The notes: generated by a model from the letters alone, not told the origin. Positions 39,601 to 54,189 are shown, counted from the first letter of the stretch. The stretch is DNA of 64,000 nucleotides from Haplodiscus bocki (GCA_965655095.1 OZ296659.1:76508001-76572000); one strand, 5' to 3'. Translations and numbers: made by a program.

Positions 39601-41269
39601 ACTAGATACTCCATTTAAAGGGCTTCTGCCTTTAGGAGGATCCCTTTGATGCATTACATTTTTTTGTTGAAAATGTAACTGTTTTCTTCTACGCGTCAAA
39701 AACTACAGTCTTTTTCATCTTTTTTACTTCCTTCAGACGTGACGGAAGTTTTGAATGAGTTTTCGTATTGATGATCAGATTAGATGTTGGGAGTGTTCAT
39801 TATGAGGCTTTCAGTTTCAGTAAAACTGTGTATATCTTTCTTTTTGTGCTTACAGTTTTTTTCATAAGTTAAGATTGCGGAATTGAGATTCAATATCTTG
39901 ATTTTTGAATTTAGTTTATATGTTCCTCTTAACAGTGAGGAGACAGTTAGTTCACGGAGTGCGGAATGCAGAAAAATCCTGCGAATGAAGGCAATTTGCT
40001 GCGACCGAGAGATATTGCACTAGATGCTAATCGCTGAATGTTTTAGAGTTGTTGTGATTCTTCCGATTGGCACGTGTCTAATTACTCGCAATAATTATTC
40101 ACGTGGTCATTCAAGTCAGTCCCATAATCGTGTTCAAAACCTCTGGTTGGCAGCGTTTCTCCACAACCAAATGTTTTGGCCAAGTGAAGACGATCATCAC
40201 CACTCACAGTTGTGCATTAACCTATGCTGTTATTACCCTAATATTGGCTGACGCCAATCGCAAAAATTCCCCGTCAATAACATCGTTGACTTATTCAATA
40301 TGGTTATGAATAACTTACCCGAAGGCAACTGCTGAAATCACAAAAATTGTATCGTGTTGTAGCACAATCGATTCACATTCGCTCCAGACGAATTTAGTGT
40401 ACATCATAGCAGACGAATTTAATTCTGTGTTGGAATGTCGATAACTATTGTCCTTCCAAACGCATTGCTGGCATCACGTTACAAAGACCATGATAGAAAA
40501 ATATTTAATTTTCTTTAGTTCCGCACTTTTACCAAGTATATGACCCTCCTTTCATTCAACAATTTCAAAAAATCTGATGTGGGAAATTTCCACAAAACGT
40601 ACTGTCAGGACTTTACAGACAATGTAACAGCACACTTTCCGTTACGTAGGACATAATTAGCGTTCATAAATTTCAGCAGGAACTACTCGGACATCATAAT
40701 TTTCATATTGGTTTACAACTATACGGCTGTATAAACTGCTTGTGTTTTAAGAGAAAATAGACAGTATATGCATCCACAATACATGACTTAGGGTTATTAC
40801 GTTTTCTTTAAATTATAGAGTGTGTATTTCCGTCATGCTAGCATGACATTGGGCCAGGGGACGTCTCCTTTGCCTGAAGAGTCACTAACACGAAACGAAG
40901 TTAAAATCTCAATGTTTCACAACTGAACTTTATTCAACACAACAATGCGAGTCTTTTTATGAGTTCTCGTTTTTTTGCAAGCATTTATTCAAGCGCCCTC
41001 GCTAAGTTGGAAAACTGGTCTCGTGTCCTTTTCAGCGAATGCGCTCGCTTTTGTTCAAAAAAGGCGATCAAACTGCTATGGTTTTTCGTACTTGTTGAAC
41101 TTGTATAGAAATTAACTAAGTTTGTTCTTTTTAACATATGTTTATAAAAAATGGAAACAAGATCTTTCACTCAAACGGCTGAAATCAATCATTTTATACC
41201 GTTGTTTGGAAATTGAGTTTATATTATTACCGATGTTCGTTCACCTTTCTTAACGTAAGTTTTTTCTGA

Positions 41270-41610
41270 CCAAATTGTAGCAAATTTGCCGTGGACTGCG
41301 ACTGACATAGCAAGATTTCTCAAAATGTTCGTATATTTTGGGTTTTTTGAAAAAATAGATGGGTTTTTTTAACAGAGCCAAATGCGTCAAATTCTTTGTA
41401 GAATGCGTATCAAATGGTACTGTTTCCCGAAAATGATTTTGACACCTTAATTGTGAGGTTTTATGGCTAAAAGTCAGAAAAACTTCAAAGTTGGAAATAC
41501 TAGAAATTATGATGGAGAAACAGAGTAATTTGGAGGAAAAAAACGGTTTTTTTAAAAAGGCATCTTTACCAAAGTCGAAGGGCGCAAAATATGCTTTTGG
41601 TAGCCGGCCG
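41270..41610 (-). repeat. ~450-bp dispersed repeat, copy C (inverted, partial)
   Basis: TGTAGAATGCGTATCA, TTTGGGTTTTTT and AAGATTTCTC are reverse complements of the blocks in copies A and B. Confidence 0.7.
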
Positions 41611-42599
41611 TCTCTTTACTTTTCTGTTTAATTGTATGATCAGTAGTTCTTGCCATTGCACTTTTAAAAATAACTTTTACTTCTTCGGTTTGTTCGGAAG
41701 TATTCCGTTGGCGCAAGTCTTGCACACCACAGTGTTGCGCTTGTGTACAAAACTCAGGAAGAGCACAAAAAATCTTGCATTATATCTAAGCATTAATCCC
41801 AAAACGTCGACAAACGAAAGTCCCTAAATCGACGCACTTATGAGAATTCACATCAAAAATTGTCGCCTGCCAACTTGGTTTAAAATTTGATTTAAAAATC
41901 TGGTGTAGCTTAAATAGCATAATATAGAACGTTTGAATTCCAATCTCACACGAATTTAGACCATAAAACCTTCTAAAAATGGCACTTCGAAAAGTTGCAA
42001 CAAATGTTTTTAGTCCTCGGAACTCAACTAAAGTTTCAATGGATAGCCCTGTGCAAACCCGCCGAAATCCTTATTGCGAAACAATTATACCTCAATTTTG
42101 CATTGAACCCCTCCATGAAACCCAAAAGCTTTCTGAAAAAGCGCTTGTGCAACTCCAGATCAAAAAAGGCGTTTTAAATTTTGTAACTATAACAAGCATT
42201 CGATGTAAAAATGTTCAGGAATCCAAAAATCAATTTCGATCAGTCGAAGGTTTGCTGCAAACTGCTGAAAATATCTCCTGGAACACCTTTTTGGAAGTCT
42301 TTCTGTTTTGCAAAAAAAACAGTAGATTATACAGGAGGACTCTCACACAGTTTCATGGATCTCTAAATTCAATCAAAAATTCTCAAATTCCGGCTCAAAC
42401 AGCCATATAAGGTTAACAACACATGATTATAAAACTCTCAGAATCAATCCACGTGGTTTCGTTTCTCCTTCTAAAAAGGTGAAAAACCAAACTTCGGATA
42501 GTCTGCGTACCAGGTAACTTGTTTTTACTGAATTATATGCCATGAATTCAGGTCAAGCATTTAATAAATGAAGTTTGAGCGAGCCTAAGAACAGTACCT

Positions 42600-44420
42600 C
42601 AAAAAACGAAACGTCGGTTTCAACTTGTGAAAACAAAACGTTATTCTGAATTAATTCTTCCTTTGCAACTTTGCAATATTAAAGGTAGCTTTACAACTCC
42701 AAGGTGAAATAAAGCACACGAAGTGCGACTTTGAGCGATTTCGAAGACCAAAACTCATACTCGAAACAACTGAACGTTCGCATTCGATGCCGAAACCTAC
42801 AACTTCGTGATAAAGCCGCTTCCGAAAAAAATCCACACCACACTCAGCTGAAACATGTAAATGGCATTCGCAAGCCAACTAAGACTAACCATAAGAATTG
42901 CATTCTGAAACGATCAAATTTCAAATGCATGCTGCCCAAAGCGAATTTTTTTTCCAAAAAAACGCCAATTCTAGAATTACCACAAAAACGGTGGTATTAC
43001 AACTTCGAACTCATCCAAACATTTGGCTGCGCAAGTCCGGGAGTGCCCAAAAGTGGAAAAATTTCCAAATCCTTTCTCTTTGGTATTTCTGCAACAAATA
43101 AAAATTTTTCACAGCTCCGAACTCTAATGAATACATGATGTAATCGAAAAGAACCTCGCATCAAAAACGATGGTTTCACACCTGAGAGCACAACCAAATA
43201 GTAGATGTACAGCTCGGAACGAACCCAAAGTACATTGTTTGAAAATGTTGGTTTCAACATGTGAAAACGAGAATAAGTTCTGAAAAAACTGTTTATTTTT
43301 CGCACAAACTGTCATCATTATGGGTGCATTTGTCTCACGGGACTAAACTAGAGGGTATGACGTTGAAGCTTGGGCGATTTCAAAAACCTTAAAAGTCATA
43401 TCCGAAGCAAGTGAACGTTTGTCGCTCAATGACAAACCCTGAAAACTTTCCCGAAGTGTCGGTTTTTGTAAATTCGGAAAAAAGGTCTCATACCTCCTAG
43501 CTAAACTATGCAATTGACATTCGTGAGCCTACAAACAGTATCCGCAAGAACTGCACTTGAAATTGAGTGAAATTTAGTTGTATGCAGCTCAAAATGAATT
43601 TAGTTTCCGAGAAAAAACGATCCTTCTTTGGCTCGCATCAGAGAGGGTGGTCTCACAACTGCGAAATCAAACAAACAATCCATGTACAAGTATGAGCGAA
43701 TTTGAAAGACAAATTTCAAAACATTGCGCCTCCGTCAGTTCGCTGTAAAAAAGACAGCTTAAGAGCTCTGAACTCCAAAAAATAATTCTTACAAGTTCGC
43801 GTGAGCCCAAAAGCTACGTTTGGAAACAGGTGAACGTTTTTCATCATTTCGAAAGAGAAAGACGGTCTCACAACTCCGACTTCAACCAACTATAAGTTCT
43901 ACAAGAGTTTGGAGATCCCAAAAACTTTCCTTGAGAACATATGAGCGTTAATAGCAATGCAGAAACATAAAACACAGACTGAAGTTATCGTTGTTTCGTT
44001 ATATTCGCATCGAAAAACATGGTTAAACATATGCGAAATCTAGAATTTTCATGTACGTTTTTTTTGAGCACCAAAACCGTTTCAAAAACAAATAGACACT
44101 ACAAAAAAGAAGCCTTAAAACAAAATTCCTGGCAAAAACGTACATTTTCGTGAAGTCGCATCAGAAAAGATGGGTCAAGACATTCGAACTCAGAAAAACT
44201 TTAATTCTACACGTTTGGGGTAGTCAAAAACCAGAATCCAAAATAGGTAACCATTAATCTCAACATGCTGACAACCAAAATGTCTGGAAAGGCCTCTTGT
44301 TGGCAAAAATGATTCATTGAAGTTGGTCCTACACATATGAGATAAACCAAACAATTCGATGTACCAGTCTAGGTGATCTCAAAAACGGAGGAAACCGTGT
44401 TTGGATATACGTAAACGCTT
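42600..44420 (+). repeat. degenerate tandem array, ~155-200 bp period
   Basis: Recurrent CGCATC...TGGTYTCACA...AACCAA...TGTAC...CCAAAA...GTGAACGTT motif at about 42990, 43170, 43330, 43485, 43650, 43865, 44020, 44170 and 44325. Confidence 0.6.
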
Positions 44421-46035
44421 TTCGCAAACGTTATTGAAATTTCAAAGTCTAGTCTTCCTTAAAATGTCATTTTTTCGTAAATTCCAAAAACTGTGGTTTC
44501 GAGAAAACACTTTCAATCAATCTTTACAGTAGGAAAGTAGGTACCTGAAAGTAAGAACAGCCCAAAAAACAAAACTTCAAAACAATTGAACAATAGTAGG
44601 GCAACGCTGAATTATGAATCGCATTTTTTGAAGATCCATGACTATCCTTATAGAAACCACGATTTAAAAACCCTTATTAAACTTCTCTTTCTGTCAGCAA
44701 AAGGATTTCCGGTTTCAGTAAACGGTTGCTGAGCGTAACCTGACACTATACTTTAGAAATCCAAACAGTCAGAAAAACAATGGAAAACTAACCTAAAAAA
44801 TCTTTTCATCGTTGTCTGCTGAAATCTGGATCCCTAGTGTCTGAAGTGGTTTCGCTTACTTAGGCCACCTAATCGCTATTACTCTAAAGAGAACGGCCCA
44901 GTTTCTTAGGAACTACTCTGTAGAAAACTCTACTAACGATTTTGAGATCCAACTTGAACAAATTGAGGAACCGCTTCATAAGGGTAACAAAAACCAACGA
45001 AAATGAAACAATTTTGAAAACGCCTTTGAAACAGTATTTCACCTGGCCTGGAGAACGCTGCAAATCCCTGAAACGAAAGTTGTCTCAAAATTGAAAAAGT
45101 ATTCACTCCAAGGTGGAGCAACAGAAACTAAAATTTAACCAAAACTCAGCCACATCAAAGCAGCTCTCAACAACCACTACTCACGCAATAAAATCTAGAA
45201 AAGATCGTGTGTGTGGTTTTGAAGTACGAGGCCGACTTCAAACACAGCATTGACCGAGCAACTTGCCATGATGCTGGCTCACTGGGAATAGTTGGCGCAA
45301 TCTCGTTGGAGGATTTCTACGATAAAGTTGTAAAAAAATCATAAAGGTGAGTGCAATTCAGAATATGGTTTGGTAGAACGTCTGCAAAGCAGCGTCTGGA
45401 CTTTCAAAAAAATTAGTTCTCATCCAAGGACAGTTCCTTGGTGACAATGTGGAGACTTGTAGTCAACTTTTCAAGGCAAGAAAATTAGTGGTTTTTCTAG
45501 CGCTTCTTGAAAAGCAAACCTGGGAATTTTTCAAAAATATTCTACAACAATTCCCTACAACCAAACGGATTACTTATTTGAACGTCGCTTGCCCACTATG
45601 TGCTCAAGGTTTGGGCAGTTTTGCGAAGCATCAAAGAACTTTGCAGCCCAAAGAATATTTGATTGAGGTATAATAACACTTTGTACATTATGCCGCAGAT
45701 GTTGGATCTAGAAAGAGAAGATTTCCCGCAGAGATGAAGAAAAGATTTTTTCATGACTTTTAATGATTTCTGTACAATATTATTAAGCCTTTTGTCAATA
45801 ATGTGGAAAATGAAGTCCGGTGAAAAAAACTTCCAACTGAGATTCAAGTTCTTCGAGGAGAAAAGAAAAGCATAATTTTATGGGCGGAACAAAGACTATG
45901 GCTATTTTTCCATAGAAATCATTCGTTACGGACGAACTCATCAGGTTTTTGGCTTCGCTTTTCTAAGACAAGGTATTTGTATTACTACAGTTTGAAAGAA
46001 AAAACTGAATGTTACCGATAATTTAGTGTCTACGG

Positions 46036-48238
46036 TGTAACATGAAAAGCGTTTTGAAAGAGTCTCCGGAGAGAAGAGCTTTCAAAACTGACAAGACAGT
46101 GTTTTCTTCAGATCAACTACAGACAACAGACAGACCACACGCTTTCGTTGGAAAGAAACAATCTACAGATCATGGAATAGAACGTTTGAGTGCTCAGGCA
46201 AACAGCAGACGAAAAACAATGAATTTTGAAAATAAACTCTAAACAACAACTCTGTAATATTATGAAAAGTTCTGAAAATTTTATAAAAACATTTTTCACT
46301 GATAATTTGTAAACATAACTGTGAGATATAGAGTTTTTCAATATTAAGAAACATCTTTCCAGCTCTGGCTCTGGCTCTAGCTACGCCTCACTGACACTGC
46401 TGGACATGACGAACAATGACGCACTGACCAACAAAACAATGACGAACGTGATATGACATGCCAACTGGATTTCTGGACTTGTAGATTTCTGGTTTTCTGC
46501 ATTTCTGCTTTTCTACACTGCTTTGCTTTTGACTTCTTCTCCGTCTTTGCATTTTGATTTTGATTGAGAATCAACTGCTGAACAATGGAATATGTATTAC
46601 TGTAATTGTTGCTGTTTTATTGGAGATATGATGACTTCTCAACACCAATTTTATCACTGCTCACTATGTATCGACCTCTGTTAAATAAATCTGATTGCAA
46701 TCTGGCTGTATTCTCACTGCTCATGCGATTTGGCTCAGTTGTTCCTGCTCACACTGATTCACTTTGGGCCATCCATATTATTGCTCCGATGCAGGCAAAA
46801 TTCGACGCGCAATCTTGTGAAATCTGCTCTCGAAAAACTGTTTCATACAACTACTTTGGACACTTTTTTGGGACTCTTTTCCAGTAACACTATTCAATCT
46901 ATAGTCCCCTCTCTATAGTCTTAAAACTCTTTTGTTGAAATTATAATCACTACAAAAACGTTCAAATAAATACCTTTGTATGCACATTCTTTACTCAAAA
47001 AGCTCTCCTTCTATTTATAAAAGCTTTGTCTCCCACGCCTGTTTTTATTTAACCCAAGTTTCTTTCTCGCTCAAAGAAATTCTATAAATTCATGTTTAAC
47101 TAAAGTGAAATTAATAAAAACGGAATAATTTTTTTTCCAAACCAAAAAAAATTTTACTCTGAAAACTTCCCCAAAAACCTTCTGAAATCCAAGTAATACT
47201 GTCAAAATATTAACAAAAAACCTGAAACTCGTTCTGAACCAACTGTCTTAAGCTCCTTTGGTTTCAGAAAATGAATTTAGGGGCCCAACTTCTGAAGATT
47301 TCAATTTGAATTTGAAATTCCCGCAAGTTTTTTGTCATTTTGCAAGTTTCGACTAGTCAAGTTGTTCACTTTTTACTTTTTTTCACAACTGCTACAACAT
47401 TTTTTTCACTTTTTGCGGCAACGAAAGCACAGTGAACAAAGAAAACACAAACAACAATACGCAAACTAACTTTCTGACTGTAGACTTCGAAGAAATCATT
47501 CATTCCGGATGAATGGCGAGTTTGAACTGCTCATTTTGTAGTACTGACATAGACTGAAGTTGAAATTTTCTTGACATTAACATGTAATTCTGTCATGATG
47601 TGTTATCTACCCCAGATGAAAAGTAACCTCTGAAAAATTCAAACGAATGTAGAATGACCAACAAACTGAAATCAATCAATCCAGATTGATAATAGATATT
47701 TTTGATTCTTTCGCACCTAAAAATGAAGTTCTATTCGTTAGGATTTAGTTGAGAAAACTAATTTACGCTTCTGAAAACTCCTGTAGAAAGGAAAAATCAT
47801 GAAGTAATGAACCTTCTTCTCTTACAACAGAAACACTTGGCTGAGAACAAAAGATTTTTGAGGAGACCATGATAAAACATAAAACTGAAAACCGTCTGAA
47901 ACCTGCTAACATTTTGAAGATCATGCACCGAAATTTAATTTTGTATTTTAAAAACCCCTCGGTTGTAATACATACATTTTTAGAGAAGAAGTTCCCAAAA
48001 TATCGACGTACCAAAAGTAACGTTGATTTATTTCCTATTTATGACTTTTTGTAGTTGTTTATGATCTAGATATAAAACTAGAAAAGAAGTAGTATCCAAG
48101 TAAAAAACAGCTGTTTTCTCAAGAGAAGTACTGAAAATCTTCGAAATACTTGAGTACTCAAGCCAGATCAATTCAAGTTTGTCCGTAGTATTAAATTAAC
48201 TAGCTAACAACAAGAACATCTTTATTAATGTTAATACA
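46036..48238 (+). repeat. candidate 5' LTR (~2.2 kb)
   Basis: Ends ...ATGTTAATACA three nt before the PBS, so the 3' end is well supported. The start TGTAACAT at 46036 is tentative, chosen as an imperfect inverted match to the end. Confidence 0.5.
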
Positions 48239-48241
48239 ATT

Positions 48242-48259
48242 TGGTGCGATGGCAGTGAA
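48242..48259 (+). promoter_or_regulatory. primer-binding site, tRNA-Gly(TCC)-like
   Basis: TGGTGCGATGGCAGTGAA matches 15/18 to TGGTGCGTTGGCCGGGAA, the complement of a metazoan tRNA-Gly(TCC) 3' end, and follows CA-att. Confidence 0.75.
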
Positions 48260-49474
48260 AATTTTTTCCCGTCAGTCTTCTCTACCTTCACTCTCAACAA
48301 TCTCTTTCATTCCATTTTCTTCTCCAATTTTCTCATGTGTTTTTTTAATTTTCAGACGTTTTTTTCAAAAACCTCAAAAAATTACAATAAAACATTCTTC
48401 AGTTTCGTTCAGTTTTTTCTTCGTTAAACTTCCAGTCCTTCGGACTACAAACTTCGACACTTGTTCTGACTATAAATTGTCCCATGGACGTTTACCTTCG
48501 ACAGTCGATTCAACTATGAGCTGTCCTTTGGACGTTATATTTGGAAAGGCGTTTCGACTTTAAACCTGGCTATCTTTTCTATATTTTTGTTCGCTGTAAG
48601 TCTTAGTAACTGAATCCCGCCAAGAAACTGAGTTTGTTCCATTCTATTATCATAAGCTAGAACCTGAGCTTAGAACATTCTAGTTTTAGGGCAGCATCCC
48701 TTTTCTCTTCAATTCTGATTTATTTCTACAATTCAATTTACCTTTTTGAAAAAATAGTCGACAACATTTTTTTTCAGTTTCTCTGAAATTTTAACATTTC
48801 ACTTCCGTAACACATCATTTATTTCTGAAATTTTTTTAACAATCCCATTGAAACCTCTGTCACTGTGTACACTTTTCTGTGAAACTTTTCATCAGCAAAA
48901 TTCATTGATATTTTCTTGTCAAATATTTGAATTTCTCGGAAAATTCTTTCATACCCCTCTACTGTTGCCATGATTTCATTTTTCGTGTAACTCAAAACAT
49001 TCATTGTAGGCAGCTTTCTACTCTCTGGTTCCCTCAGTTTTTTCCCACATCGTAAGACTAAAAGTCAGATCATGAAAATTCCTCTGCCTAGCGTCTTTGG
49101 ACTTTTTCTGTTGCTGACTACTACGATCACTGTTTAAAACTTAGTTAAAACTTGTTTGTCAACTAGGAGATTTCGTAGATAGTACTGAACCCTGTTCTAC
49201 CAATCGAAGTTTCGTTGTCTTGTTAAACGTGAAAATAAAATCTGGCGATCGGCATTGATCAGACATTGTGCGCAAACGTTGATTGTTCAGAGTTTCGCAA
49301 TCTCTGACTTAATAGTATATTCCCTTCTCATTATCCTCAACTTAAAAAATGAACTTCTTCAAACGGAAAGTTTCATTTGATTTCTGCTAGGAATCTTTTG
49401 CTTGAGCGCAGTTTCAAACATTTTTTCGTTTTTTGCCAACATCTTTTTTTTGGACGCAACATTTTAAGTAATCA

Positions 49475-51000
49475 ATGTTCTATACATTCATCATATTTTT
49501 CTTTTTCATTCTTGGCTGCTCGATTTGGATATACATATACAACATTCTGAGACGTCATTCGTTTAATTATCTGCAAAAATTTGGTTTGATAATTCCTAAA
49601 ATGTTTATTGAAACCTTCTGGTTTCAAATTGTTCCCATTCTTTTGGAAAAGTCACGAAAACCAGTCCAACAGACAAACAGGTGATTCGCACTCAAATATT
49701 CCATCTGAAGTTGAAAAATTGATAATAGAAGACTAAGCTGAGAAAAAAAAGAATCTCTTCCGATTCAAACATGTGTGAAACCAAAAACAAATCCAATTGG
49801 AAGCTAAAACAAAATATTTAGCAAACCATTGTTTCTTTCTAGTCTGAAATATTTACCGAACAAACAGAAATCTATCTTTAGAACTGCAACAACAGCTCTC
49901 ACAAGTTTTCTCTAAAGAGCAAACTCAGGCCGAAAATTAACGCTTGAAACTACAACAGCAAAATAGAATTGAAGCTGCAAATCAGTTGTTACGAAAACAG
50001 GAAATGAAACGGAATCAAAGTTTACAACATTCGAAACAACCTGATACTGTAGTTCAAGATGAGACCACTACTCTAGAAACTAATCAAATGATTCCTTCGA
50101 CATCAAAAAGAGTACCGTCAGAACAAGTTGCTGGATCTGATTTTGCAATTCCTACTCCATTCATCTTTCATATTGTAACAGAAAGACAAAAACGAGATTT
50201 GATTAAGGATGCTATCAGCTTTTTTGAAAATCTTATTTACAATACAACATATTCTGTAGTTTTTGAGACACCTTGTACCGATATCTGTGCAATTCTTTCG
50301 ATTAGAGAACACCATGATCCTGATTTTTATTATATTTACTATAAAATTTGTGAGACAAGATTTGCTGATGTGCCTTTCACTGTAGTTTTTAACCCAGGTT
50401 AAATCATCATCACTGGAATGTTTTCCAAGTCAATAAAGCCTTGAGACCCTTTTTAACCAATTGGAAATGTATTCGTACGTTTTCTGAATAAACTGCAAGA
50501 AGCTAATGAACTTTTAGAACAACCTATAGTTGTTTCTTCTGCATTTGATGAACTTCGTAAGAAACAATGTTTTTTCGAACCTTCTCAAGTGGGAAAAGAT
50601 AAAAAACCTAATTTTCTACACTACTGGTCATTGAGGGATATTGCTCAAAAAACTGCTTTTCAATATACGTTTTTCCCATTAACTGTTCGGGACACTGTAA
50701 CAAAACCACAAATAACACTTTATTCTCTGTTTCTGAAAATTTTCTTTTCGATTTAATTATCAATGTATCTGTAATACTCTAGATCAAAGCTGTTTTCAAA
50801 AATTCCCAAATCAATTAACCGAACGCGAATTACTTCCATTCTTGAAAAAAACTGGAAATATTTATTCCAAATATTAGAATTTAGTCCAAACCAATACTGA
50901 AAAAAGTTCACAACTGGAGTTTTTACCGAATATGATCACACGAGCAATCATTGCAAACAGATCTACTGATCAAAATATTGATGAGATACGTTCAAATCCA
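49475..51000 (+). pseudogene. extra ORF (or long gag N-terminus) upstream of capsid: hydrophobic N-terminus + coiled coil
   Basis: MFYTFIIFFFFILGCSIWIYIY..., then a Q/E/K-rich helical segment (49944-50402) and further broken coding-like sequence. Confidence 0.45.
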
Positions 51001-51511
51001 TCAACAATCACTCAAAAAAATATTGCTCAAAAATCAAACCAAAATACTGGTACTGGTTTCGAACCTCATACATAATCAACTTCTGTTACTTTAATTCCAA
51101 AAAAGACCAAACTGAAAGTACTTACAGTATATATCCCAGTATGGGACTGGAATACCAATTTCAAACAATTCTGCTCTGACACCACGCTTTACAATACCAC
51201 TGCAAGTTCCCAGAAAAACCATACGAAGCAATTTTGATATTCATAATGATCAAAATACATGTGAAAAGTTTACATCCCAAGATTATTCTTCTGGTGAAAC
51301 TTCTCATCATTTTCAAAATCAGAACACTGAAAAAATGCCATTTTTTTAATTAAAGAGGAACCAAATGAATATACTAATGGATAATCTGTTTCTTGATTAA
51401 ATTAATCAAATTCGAAAAAAGCAAACTGCAGCAAATCAACCAAATGGAATAAATGATCAAACAGTCACGGTAAATACAAAAACTACAACTGCTCATACGC
51501 TATAATCTCCC

Positions 51512-53020
51512 TTGGCTCCGCTGAATAATGCTGATACATACTCATTAAGTAGTACCAACATCAATCCCTTTCAAACAAATACTAACTTAAATGCTACTGC
51601 AAATCAATGTCAAACGTTATATCAAACACACATTGCTCCCAATATAGGCCCTTCTGCAACTTTACCTTCACCATGTCCCACTGTATATGCAGTGAATCCT
51701 TCTCTTGTAAACTCACAAATTTATACTGTACCTTTCGTTGAAATGAATGAATTGGTGAAAACTTTTGATGGACTTGACCAGCAATATACTTCTGGAGAAA
51801 AAGTAAATCAAATTGATGCACTCCCACTTTTTACTATGGGAGAACAACCTCAAAATGTTCTAGCTTATAACCAATGGCACAAACGAGAAATGGCACATCT
51901 ACAAAGTTCCTCACCTGGAATCACCTTAAGTTGGTTTTTGCGACTCCATGAATGTTACAAAAATGACTGGTCTGCCTCTCTATCTGCTGTTTAAACAATT
52001 TTTCTAACAAAAAAGAGCTTTTTACGCACAAATTGAAGCTCAGCTTCAACAAAAAAAGAAGCCGAAAACGTTCGTCATTAGGCTCTGAAGGTTCAACATT
52101 TATTTGAAAAAAGCTGGTGTAATTAATCTGATGCAAATAGTAACCTCACATGTAATGAAATTTTCACCAGAGGATTACCAAAAAAATGGTAGACTCTGCT
52201 CATAAACGGGAAGTCAAACATACATCTACTCTTACGAAACCTTTCATTCCATTTCATACACTGTTTAAGTTTGTTGATGCTGAAAATATTATGAATGTAA
52301 AGTTTCGTACTCTTGATCTACCACTAGAAAACAATAAAGCAACATGAAAACTGGAATCTAAAAATTTATCTGCCAAAACCTATAATCCAAGTCATGAGTT
52401 CATTTTTATACAAACAACTGATCAGATTACTGAAAATTAACCTCAATTTCGGAAAAACTGTAATTACTGTCCTTAATCCAACCATTCTGTTTCAAACTGT
52501 TTTCGCAAACGACGTAAGATAAAGAAAGAAAACGGAATTCCTATTCCCGATCAGAATCACTTGCTTTGTTTGAAATCAAATGCTTCGATCAATACTTTAA
52601 AGCATACTAGAATCCAATTGATCAGAAAAACGAACCTCATTCTACCCTGTAAACTAATATTCACTGAAGCGTTATGATTCATAAAATCGTTCAAGTTCAA
52701 AAAAATGGTAATCTCCTTTTCGATCCTCTTGTTTTAGATGACCATCAATTTTCCGGTGATCTCTTGAAAAATCTCGTTCTTGATATCGTTATTGTGAGAG
52801 AGATTTCAATTCCAATTGAACTTCATCTTGTTCAAGATACACTGACATTTATAACCAACGATGAAACTCTAGATCTCATTAAAGTTCTTCTTTCAGAATT
52901 AATCGCTATTGTTTTCAATGCTGCATCCAACTCCTGGAAATTGACAGTACTTTACAAACTAAAATTCTTCATATCGATTTTCATCAAGACCTCGTTCTCG
53001 ATCTGCATCTGCATCTAGAA
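51512..53020 (+). pseudogene. gag: gag (capsid-like domain, CCHC zinc knuckle, Arg/Ser-rich tail)
   Basis: FDG...W...W capsid-like region and FTRGLP. C-N-Y-C-x4-H-x4-C at 52459-52500 (contains a stop). RS-rich stretch at ~52670-53020. Confidence 0.8.
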
Positions 53021-53091
53021 AATTTGTCATTAACATACAACCAAATTCCTCTCAAAATCGTGAACACTACACTGAAAACCTTCCAAAGTCA

Positions 53092-53600
53092 ATGGACAAA
53101 ATTGAAGTTAACATGTACAACATTGAAATGACAAATACCAAAAACTCCAAAAAGCTGACTTTTAATCTGTACATTCATTCCCAAAACGAAACTGATTCAA
53201 GTTTACCTTCAGGATTGGAAATCGCCTTTTTATTAAATAGCGGTGCATCTATTTTGGTACTTATTATACCCAACTATATGATGAGCATTCAAATGTTCAA
53301 AGTTTGTAATCATGACCTAACATGATACATCAGAAACATTGACTATTGCAAATCAATCTGAATTTCCAATAAAAAAATATATTACATTAACATCTTTCTC
53401 ATCAAAAGAAACAAAATCAAGATAATTCACGATTCCTCTAGCTGTAGCCGATATATTATCCTGGGAACACCATTCTTTGAGAAATACATAGAAAAAATCA
53501 CAATCCAAGATTTTACTACAAACTTCAAACATTCCTTCAACAATCATCCGACAATTGCTTCTGTTCCCACAATAATTGAAAATAATTTTGCTTTCTTTTC
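53092..53600 (+). pseudogene. retroviral-type aspartic protease
   Basis: FLLNSGAS (D[S/T]GA motif with D>N) and a downstream ILGTPF. Confidence 0.8.
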
Positions 53601-54189
53601 CTTTATATATCACATAAAATCAAAAAAACCAACATTCATTAAAACCAATACTGTACAAACATTACACTTTCTAATGAAAATTTCAATGAAAAAATTTGCT
53701 CAAAACTGAAGATCATGAACCATGTCTACTGAAATGCCTCAAGCTCATTTTTTGTCAAAACTGAATCGAAACGTTTCCTTTATGGAAATTTTCTCAAAAG
53801 TTTCCAAAAAATCGTGCTCAGTAGTTTTTGGAAATAATAGTATGCACATGGCTACACAACCAATTGGAATAATAGGGTATATTGAAATACTTATTTCCAC
53901 TGTGAAACCATCCCTTTATGGAATGAATGATTTAAATACACTGATTCATTCGGTAGTTCACAAATAACATCCTGAACCAACTGAACCAAATAATGTTCAT
54001 TGTCAACATATGAAACAAATAAACAAATGTTCCGAAGTTAACCATATTGATCTGTATAACCATTGTAACTCATATTAATCATAACCATAAAAAATACTGT
54101 TTGTAATGTACAATCGTCTCAAAAACTATCTCCACGAGTATTTCCAGCTCTAGCATAATCTAAAAACAAATTACAAACTCTGAACAAAA

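Noticed and set aside
40874-40905. Hammerhead ribozyme core (CTGAAGAG...GAAAC)
   Set aside because: Core nucleotides are present, but stem II has only two pairs and no stem I partner was found. At most a decayed Penelope-like remnant.
42600-44420. CRISPR-like array
   Set aside because: Units are long and highly diverged, with no identical repeats separated by unique spacers. No cas genes, and the context is eukaryotic.
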